From Escherichia coli (GTDB taxonomy: Bacteria; Pseudomonadota; Gammaproteobacteria; Enterobacterales; Enterobacteriaceae): a DNA stretch of 64,000 nt. Shown here piece after piece: positions 56,636 through 64,000 of this stretch. Where the stretch lies: NCBI RefSeq assembly GCF_003334255.1, contig NZ_QOWU01000016.1; one strand, written 5' to 3'. Numbering within the stretch: position 1 is the first letter of the stretch; the number at the start of each line of letters is the position of its first letter. The notes below the pieces were generated by a model that saw nothing but the letters and a program-made list of their open reading frames with translations, searched no databases and was not told where the DNA came from. A program made the position numbers and the translations under genes.

Positions 56636-58174
56636 TCAGAACAGCCCCAACGGTTTATCCGAGTAGCTCACCAGCAGGCACTTGGTTTGCTGGTAATGCT
56701 CCAGCATCATCTTGTGGGTTTCGCGACCGATACCTGATTGTTTGTAGCCACCAAACGCCGCATGTGCCGGGTAAGCGTGATAACAGTTGGTCCACACGCG
56801 CCCAGCCTGTATGCCGCGCCCCATCTTATAGGCCAGATTACCGTTGCGGCTCCAGACGCCCGCGCCCAGGCCATATTGCGTATCGTTCGCCAGCTCCAGC
56901 GCTTCTTCCATCGTTTTGAAGGTGGTCACCGCCAGCACCGGGCCAAAAATCTCCTCCTGGAACACCCGCATATTGTTCTGACCAAACAGAATCGTCGGTT
57001 CGAGGTAGTAGCCGTCTTTCAGTTCACCTTCCAGCAGCTTGCGCCGCCCGCCTGTGAGCACGTCAGCGCCCTCTTTTTTACCGATATCAATGTAGTTGAG
57101 GATGGTTTCCAGTTGCCCGTGAGAAACCTGCGCGCCCATTTGCGTCACGCTGTCGAGCGGGTTACCGCTACGAATGCTTTCGACACGGCGGATGGCGCGT
57201 TCCATAAAGCGTTCGTAGATAGATTCCTGCACTAAAGCACGACTCGGACAGGTGCAAACTTCGCCCTGGTTAAAGGCAAACAGTGCAAAGCCTTCCAGCG
57301 CTTTATCGAAAAAGGCATCTTCTTCATCCATCACATCAGCAAAGAAGATATTTGGCGACTTACCGCCCAACTCCAGCGTCACCGGAATAATGTTTTGCGT
57401 TGCGTATTGCATAATTTGTTGGCCCACTTCCGTTGAGCCGGTAAACGCCACTTTGGCGATGCGTTTCGAGGTCGCCAGATATTCGCCAATTACCCCACCT
57501 GCGCCATTGACCACGTTCACCACGCCCGGCGGCAGTAAATCACCGACAATTTCCATTAGCAGCAGTACAGAAAGCGGGGTAAGACGTGCGGGTTTCAGCA
57601 CCACACAGTTGCCCGCCGCCAGCGCGGGAGCCATTTTCCAGCTCGCCATCAGCAGCGGGAAGTTCCACGGGATAATCTGCCCCACCACGCCTAACGGTTC
57701 ATGGAAATGATAGGCCACGGTTTCGCTATCAACTTCACTGATCCCACCTTCCTGCGCCCGAATACACGAGGCGAAATAGCGGAAATGGTCAATCGCCAGC
57801 GGTACATCCGCAGCACTGGTTTCGCGAATGGGTTTGCCGTTATCCCAGGTTTCAGCTGTCGCTAACAGCTCGAGGTTTTGTTCCATTCGATCGGCAATCT
57901 TAAACAGAATCGCCGCACGATCCTGCACCGAGGTGTGCGCCCATTTATCTTTCACTTTGTGCGCAGCATCCAGCGCCAGATCGATGTCTCGTTTGCCCGA
58001 AGACGCCACTTCGCACAGCAGCTGCCCGGTCACCGGCGTCAGATTCTGGTAATACTCGCCGTCGGCAGGGGCTACCCATTCGCCGCCAATAAAGTTGTCA
58101 TAGCGGGCTTTTAACTTGAGGGGGAAACCATACTCGCCGGGCTTAATCTGTGCTGAAGGGGGATTATTGGTCAT
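56636..58174 (-). CDS. aldB: Aldehyde dehydrogenase B (AldB, 512 aa)
   Basis: ATG at 58172-58174 gives [17 protein letters not shown]...; ALDH catalytic Cys context (GEVCTCPSR). Confidence 0.92.
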   Translation of the reverse strand: MTNNPPSAQIKPGEYGFPLKLKARYDNFIGGEWVAPADGEYYQNLTPVTGQLLCEVASSGKRDIDLALDAAHKVKDKWAHTSVQDRAAILFKIADRMEQNLELLATAETWDNGKPIRETSAADVPLAIDHFRYFASCIRAQEGGISEVDSETVAYHFHEPLGVVGQIIPWNFPLLMASWKMAPALAAGNCVVLKPARLTPLSVLLLMEIVGDLLPPGVVNVVNGAGGVIGEYLATSKRIAKVAFTGSTEVGQQIMQYATQNIIPVTLELGGKSPNIFFADVMDEEDAFFDKALEGFALFAFNQGEVCTCPSRALVQESIYERFMERAIRRVESIRSGNPLDSVTQMGAQVSHGQLETILNYIDIGKKEGADVLTGGRRKLLEGELKDGYYLEPTILFGQNNMRVFQEEIFGPVLAVTTFKTMEEALELANDTQYGLGAGVWSRNGNLAYKMGRGIQAGRVWTNCYHAYPAHAAFGGYKQSGIGRETHKMMLEHYQQTKCLLVSYSDKPLGLF

Positions 58175-58338
58175 GATCGTCTCCTTGCGGTGTGAGGTAT
58201 AACAAGGGTAGACGTGACTGGCGAAATCTTCGCCAGTCGGTAACAGCTTTACGACAGCTATCACGAATTTACGGGCAAGGGTTACAGAGATAGTTGAAAA
58301 AGCGGCTGACAATTTGCCAGCCGTTGTGGAAATGATGA

Positions 58339-59490
58339 TTACATCGCTGCGCGATAAATCGCCACAATTTCTTCGTGAGTTGCCTGGATCGGGTTAGTAA
58401 AGCCACAGGCATCTTTCAGGGCATTAGTCGCCAATACCGCGAAATCTTCTTCTTTCACGTTCAGGTCGCGTAGGCCTGCCGGGATATCCACTTTCTTCGC
58501 CAGTTCACGGATGGCGTTAATGCAGGCTTCAGCACCTTCCGCGTCGTTTTTACCTGTCACGTTCACGCCCATTGCAGCGGCACAGTCACGCAGACGTGCA
58601 GCGGCGACTTTGCTGTTGAATACCTGAACGTGCGGCAGCAAAACGGCGTTACATACACCGTGTGGCAGGTTGTAGAAACCGCCCAGCTGGTGCGCCATCG
58701 CATGAACATAACCCAGAGAAGCATTATTGAACGCCATACCGGCGAGGAACTGGGCATAAGCCATTGCTTCACGCGCTTTCGCATTACTGCCATCTTCAAC
58801 GGCTAACGGCAGGTTTTCGGCAATCATGGTCACGGCTTTCAGTGCACAAGCGTCAGTGATCGGCGTGGCGGCAATAGAAACATATGCTTCGATAGCGTGC
58901 GTTAAGGCATCCATACCCGTTGCGGCGGTCAGTGACTTCGGCATACCAATCATCAGAGAGGAGTCATTGACAGAAAGCAGCGGAGTGACATGTTTATCAA
59001 CAATCGCCATTTTGATATGACGCGCTTCGTCAGTGATGATGCAGAAACGGGTCATTTCAGAGGCCGTACCCGCCGTGGTATTGATGGCGATCATCGGCAG
59101 CTGCGGTTTTGCAGAGCGGTCAACGCCTTCGTAATCGCGAATATCGCCGCCATTGGCTGCCACCAGCGCAATACCTTTTGCGCAGTCGTGTGGAGAACCA
59201 CCGCCTAAGGAGATCACGCTATCGCAATTATTCTCTTTAAGTAATTTCAAACCTGCGGCGACGTTTTCCGTGGTGGGGTTAGGTTGGGTGCCATCATAAA
59301 TAACGCTAAAAATATTGCGTTCTTCCAGTGCTTTTTGCACATCGCCCGCCATACCTAATTTCGTTAACATATTGTCAGTGACAATTAAGGTACGGGTAAA
59401 TCCATAATCTGCCATCATATTCATTGCATCAGTCAATGAATCAGCGCCGATGACATTCACAGAAGGAATAAAGAACGTTGAAGCTGCCAT
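58339..59490 (-). CDS. yiaY: Iron-containing (group III) alcohol dehydrogenase YiaY (383 aa)
   Basis: Fe-ADH-like ORF ([13 protein letters not shown]…), 383 aa. Confidence 0.9.
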
Positions 59491-59588
59491 AACACACTCC
59501 TGAAAGTGTAAAAAAGGGCGGGCAGCTTACTGAGGATTTTCATTCGAAAATATGATCAGTATTATTGATTATCAAAATTAATCTAATA

Positions 59589-59626
59589 AAAAGCACATTG
59601 TATTCATTAAACAATGTGCTTTTTTT
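59589..59626 (-). terminator. Hairpin downstream of selB (aaagcacattg...caatgtgcttt) with flanking T-runs; likely selAB terminator
   Basis: 11-bp inverted repeat read in sequence between selB stop and the yiaY promoter region. Confidence 0.5.
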
Positions 59627-59679
59627 AAATTCATAAGAATTTTGTATTAATTTATTTTAAAACTTAATTAATCATTTCC

Positions 59680-61524
59680 TTATTTTTCCGGAAATAATAA
59701 TGCGTCGCGCAATAAATGATCATTTCCACGACGACGCGTAAAGCCAATGCGGTCAAAATATTCCAGAATCTGAATTGCCAGCTTTCGGCCTACGCCTAAG
59801 CGATCGCGGAAATCCGCCGCGCAGGTTGAACCACACTCCTGATCGAGATCGCGGATCATATTGGCAAACTCGACAATCCGATCGTTACGGTAATAACGAT
59901 CTTTAACGATCGCGGTAATTATTCCTTGCTGCGCCGCCTGGCGTAGAGTCAGGCGCATTGCCTGCTCGTCGGTTCCCGTCTCTTTTGCCAGGTCACGCAC
60001 CCACCACGGTTCGTCACCAAACAGTGGCTCTGCTTTTTGCCAGATGGCCTGCTGCTCTTCGCTGAAGCCCGCTTTGTGATCTGGCAGATGCAGCCAGCCG
60101 TGATGGCTGTGGATGTCGCCGCTTTCGCGCATCTTTTCAATCAGCAACAGTACCAGCGCTTCATCTTCCATTGGCAACGCCATACGTCGCAGACGTTCGC
60201 GCCCAGGGCCAGGTTCATCGCGATGTTGCTCATGATAAGTCGCTAATGTGTCGAGAATTTTCCGCTGCCAGCGGGCGGCAACCGGCGCATTCAACAAGCT
60301 ATAACCAGCCTGAATATAACCAGGCTGTTGCAGCAATTCGCGCATCCCTTCGCCGTTGAGCTGGCGCGCCCAGGCGAAATCCGCAAGGTTAACCGCGCCG
60401 CGTTCCAGATGAACAGATAACGCATCGGCATCGCTCTGCGCCCGTGCAAGAGACGCCAGCCATTGCAGATATTCCGGCTTACGTTTACCGCGACGCGGCG
60501 GGTTAAGCATCACGACGCGCGCTCCGGCCAGCGTGTTGCGGGCAGAGATATCGCGCAATACCAGGCGGTCGTTATCTGCCAGCCATAACGGGGTGTCGAA
60601 GACCAGTTCAGCAAGGTTATCTTCCAGCAGTGAAACGCGTCCCGTGACGTGGCTGGCGGCGTGGTGAATATGCAGCGGCTGCCACTGGGTCAGCGGTGTA
60701 TGGGTTTGAAGCTCGACAATCACCCGTGTGAACGGCTCTGGCGGCACATCGGCAAGCAGCCAGTCGCCACGGTTAATCTGCTCTTTTTCCGCATCACCCG
60801 CGATGTTAAGCGCGATACGCTGCCCGGCATTGGCGGTTTCTGTTGGCTGGTTTTGCGCATGCAGCGCACGTACACGCATCGGTTTATTTACACCAGTCAG
60901 CCAGAGTGAATCGCCTACCTTCACTTCCCCGCTTAACGCCGTACCGGTGACGACCAGCCCGGCACCTTTTACGGTAAATGCGCGGTCAATCGCGAGGCGG
61001 AAACTATGTTGGCTGGCGTGCTCGCGTTCCGGCAACTGAAGCAGATGCTCGCGCAGGGCATCCATTCCCCGACCTTCGGTTGCTGCGGTGATAAACAGTT
61101 TTGCCTCAGCAAAACCGTATTCCCGCAGAACCTCCTTTACCTGGCGTTCAACCTCATCAACACGCGCTTCGTCCACGCGATCGGCTTTGGTCAGCGCCAC
61201 TGTCAGCATCGGGTTACCGGTCAGCTGCAAAATCGCCAGATGCTCACGGGTCTGTGCCATCACGCCGTCATCGCACGCCACCACCAACAGCGCGTGATCG
61301 ATACCACCAACGCCCGCCAGCATGTTGGAAAGAAACTTTTCATGACCGGGAACGTCGATAAAACCAGGCACGCGACCATCCGGCTGCGGCCAGTAGGCAT
61401 AGCCGAGATCGATGGTCATGCCGCGCTTTTTTTCTTCCGGCAGACGGTCAGCATTTACGCCAGTAATCGCCTGCAATAAGGTTGTTTTGCCGTGGTCAAC
61501 GTGTCCGGCAGTCGCAATAATCAT
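59680..61524 (-). CDS. selB: Selenocysteine-specific elongation factor SelB (614 aa)
   Basis: GTPase G1 motif [10 protein letters not shown] at N-terminus; 4-nt overlap with selA. Confidence 0.95.
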
Positions 61525-62912
61525 TTCAACAACATCTCCAAAAACCGTTGCTCATCTTCAAGGCAGCGTAAATCCAGCCACAATCGTCCGTCATAAATAC
61601 GACCAATCACCGGCACTGGCAATTCACGCCAGCGGGCGGCTAATGACTCAAGGTGGCTACCGCGTCCATCATGGGGTGTAAACGTTAATGCCGCGCTCGG
61701 CAGGCGATCAACCGGCAGCGAACCACTGCCAATCTGCGAAAGACATGGCATAACCTGTACCGCAAACTCCGCGCCGTAATGTGCGGCAAGGGGGGCCTGT
61801 AAACGTTGTGCCTGGATTTGAATGACCTCTGCGCTGCGGGTAAGCAGGCGCAGGGTCGGTAATTTTTCACTCAGAGCTTCAGGGTGTAAATAAAGACGCA
61901 ACGTGGCTTCCAGCGCCGCGAGGGTCATTTTATCCGCGCGTAATGCACGCTTCAGCGGGTGGCTTTGCAGGCGGGCGATCATCTCTTTTTTACCAACAAT
62001 AATTCCTGCCTGCGGCCCGCCTAACAACTTGTCGCCGGAGAAACTCACCAGACTGACGCCCGCCGCAATCAACTCCTGCGGCATTGGCTCTTTCGGCAAA
62101 CCGTACTGGCTAAGATCGACCAGCGAGCCACTGCCTAAATCAGTCACTACGGGAACATCCAGCTCTTTGCCGAGCGCCACCAGTTCCGCTTCATCTATCG
62201 CTTTGGTGAACCCCTGAATGCTGTAGTTACTGGTATGTACTTTCATCAACAGTGCGGTATTTTCATTCACCGCCTGACGATAATCATTCGCGTGCGTGCG
62301 GTTGGTGGTCCCTACTTCGTGTAGGGTGCAGCCTGCCTGACGCATAACATCGGGAATACGAAACGCGCCGCCAATCTCCACCAGTTCGCCGCGAGATACC
62401 ACCACCTCTTTTCCGCTGGCAGTGGCCGCCAACATCAATAACACCGCCGCCGCATTGTTATTGACGATACAGGCATCTTCCGCCCCCGTAATACGGCACA
62501 GCAGCTGCGCCAGCGCCCGATCGCGATGTCCGCGTCCGGCGTCGTCCAGATCATACTCGAGGGTCACTGGCGAACGCATAGCCTGCGCAACGGCTTCCAC
62601 CGCGGCTTCCGCCTGTAAAGCTCGCCCAAGGTTGGTATGCAGCACGGTTCCCGTCAGGTTGATCACCGGACGCAGCGCGCTCTGCGCTTCTTTCGTCAAC
62701 CGGGCATCGACTTCTTGCGCCCAGTTTTCACACCACGCAGGCAGCGTCTGGCTGCCACGAATCACTTCTCGCGCTTCGTCGAGCATCTGACGCAACAATT
62801 CCACCACGCGGGTGTGACCATAAGTATCACGCAAAGAAAGGAAGGAGCTATCGCGCAATAAGCGATCAATAGCCGGAAGTTGACTATAGAGGGAACGCGT
62901 TTCGGTTGTCAT
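61521..62912 (-). CDS. selA: L-seryl-tRNA(Sec) selenium transferase SelA (463 aa)
   Basis: 463-aa [24 protein letters not shown]...; ATG verified at 62910-62912. Confidence 0.95.
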   Translation of the reverse strand: MTTETRSLYSQLPAIDRLLRDSSFLSLRDTYGHTRVVELLRQMLDEAREVIRGSQTLPAWCENWAQEVDARLTKEAQSALRPVINLTGTVLHTNLGRALQAEAAVEAVAQAMRSPVTLEYDLDDAGRGHRDRALAQLLCRITGAEDACIVNNNAAAVLLMLAATASGKEVVVSRGELVEIGGAFRIPDVMRQAGCTLHEVGTTNRTHANDYRQAVNENTALLMKVHTSNYSIQGFTKAIDEAELVALGKELDVPVVTDLGSGSLVDLSQYGLPKEPMPQELIAAGVSLVSFSGDKLLGGPQAGIIVGKKEMIARLQSHPLKRALRADKMTLAALEATLRLYLHPEALSEKLPTLRLLTRSAEVIQIQAQRLQAPLAAHYGAEFAVQVMPCLSQIGSGSLPVDRLPSAALTFTPHDGRGSHLESLAARWRELPVPVIGRIYDGRLWLDLRCLEDEQRFLEMLLK

Positions 62913-63009
62913 AGGAAACCTGGCTGATCAAGGCCCTCTCACACGGAGAAGGGCGTTTAACATAACCACGGATTGTAACGTGAGATGGGTCAGGAGGACA
63001 TATCGCGCA

Positions 63010-63618
63010 TCAAGCCTTTGGCGGTTCGGTGCGAGCAAAACTTTCGCGGCTAAACAGGTTTTCGACCAGTTTGACTAAGTGTGGGCGGTCGACACACCAA
63101 CCTGGCGCAACGCGGCGGAAATTGAGATATCCGACGGCACAGGCAATGGCGATAGTCGCCAGATTGACCGTATCGGTTTTGAGTGTGCCATCGACCAGAT
63201 ATCCTTCCAGCACATCCAGACTGCGGTTGATTTTCTCCCGCTGGCGTAACAATTCATCTTCAGACTGCTGCGCCGCTGGACGCGCCTGTTCACGCACCGA
63301 TACCAGCCCGGCATCCATAATGCCATCCGCCAGTGCCTCAATTTTGCGCACCCGCAACGACTCCAGCGGATCGCGCGGCAACATCGCCGGAGCGACATTC
63401 ATTAATTCAATATATTCAGCGATGATCGGCGAATCAAACCAGCATTCGCCCTCTTCGGTCACCAGCACCGGCACTTTTCCTAACGGGTTAAATTGCGCCA
63501 CGCCGTTGTCCGCGTTATAGGGCAGTTCATTAATAAATTCGAAAGTTATGCCCTTTTCTAACAACAGAATAGAAAGTTTGCGTACAAACGGGCTGGTGTA
63601 GCTACCGACGAGTTTCAT
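63010..63618 (-). CDS. yibF: Glutathione S-transferase-like protein YibF (202 aa)
   Basis: GST-fold [31 protein letters not shown]... Confidence 0.9.
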
Positions 63619-63845
63619 GCCGAGTCCTTTGTGCGAGGAAAAATATCAGTATGGCCTGGTGATGGGAAAAAGGGCAGAAAATGTTGATGGTTTGTTACTT
63701 CCAAATAAATCACATATTTATCATGGTGATATAAATATTTTCCTAATTATTTCACTCTGATGGATATCTCACTTCAGGCTTTCTTATAAATCTGTAGGGT
63801 TTCGCCTGTCAGCAGACAAATAACCCGATAAAACAAGGATGAGAA

Positions 63846-64000
63846 ATGAGCGGAAAACCGGCAGCGCGTCAGGGCGACATGACGCAGTATGGCGGTAGCA
63901 TTGTTCAGGGTTCAGCCGGGGTGCGTATTGGTGCCCCCACCGGCGTGGCCTGTTCGGTGTGCCCCGGCGGAGTGACGTCCGGCCATCCGGTCAATCCCCT
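63846..64000 (+). CDS. rhsA: Start of Rhs element core protein RhsA (first 51 codons; gene continues beyond the window)
   Basis: ATG at 63846 gives MSGKPAARQGDMTQYGGSIVQGSAGVRIGAPTGVACSVCPGGVTSGHPVNP, the conserved Rhs N-terminus. Confidence 0.85.
   Translation, partial: MSGKPAARQGDMTQYGGSIVQGSAGVRIGAPTGVACSVCPGGVTSGHPVNP

Noticed and set aside
59949-61479. Several 60-160-codon ORFs on both strands within selB
   Set aside because: All lie inside the selB coding region in other frames; selB is supported by its GTPase motifs and by coupling to selA.

Overview
This window is a contiguous stretch of Escherichia coli core chromosome with K-12-like gene order, and I find no convincing evidence of a previously undescribed system in it. 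Gene order is: bcsE (3' part)-bcsF-bcsG, the ldrD/rdlD type I toxin-antitoxin, yhjV, dppFDCBA, tRNA-Pro proK, eptB, yhjX, yhjY, tag-yiaC, bisC, yiaD, ghrB, yiaF, yiaG, cspA, hokA, glySQ, ysaB, wecH, yiaA, yiaB, xylBA / xylFGHR, bax, malS, avtA, ysaA, yiaJ / yiaKLMNO-lyxK-sgbHUE, an AraC-family gene remnant, yiaT, yiaU, yiaVW, aldB, yiaY, selBA, yibF and the first 155 bp of rhsA. Calls rest on recognising the translated ORF-track proteins and on start codons and motifs read directly from the sequence; no database search was run. Coordinates of non-coding features are read by eye and may be off by a few bp. No integrase, transposase, phage module, CRISPR array or long unexplained gap is present; every ORF over about 100 aa maps to a known E. 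coli gene. The strain is not MG1655, because the hokA-glyS interval is intact and lacks the IS150 copy that MG1655 carries there (from memory). The items most worth a second look are: a perfect 108-bp tandem duplication beside proK, the uncharacterised yiaT-yiaU-yiaVW cluster, the AraC-family remnant between sgbE and yiaT, the orphan ferredoxin-like ysaA, and an unannotated 70-codon ORF between yiaW and aldB.
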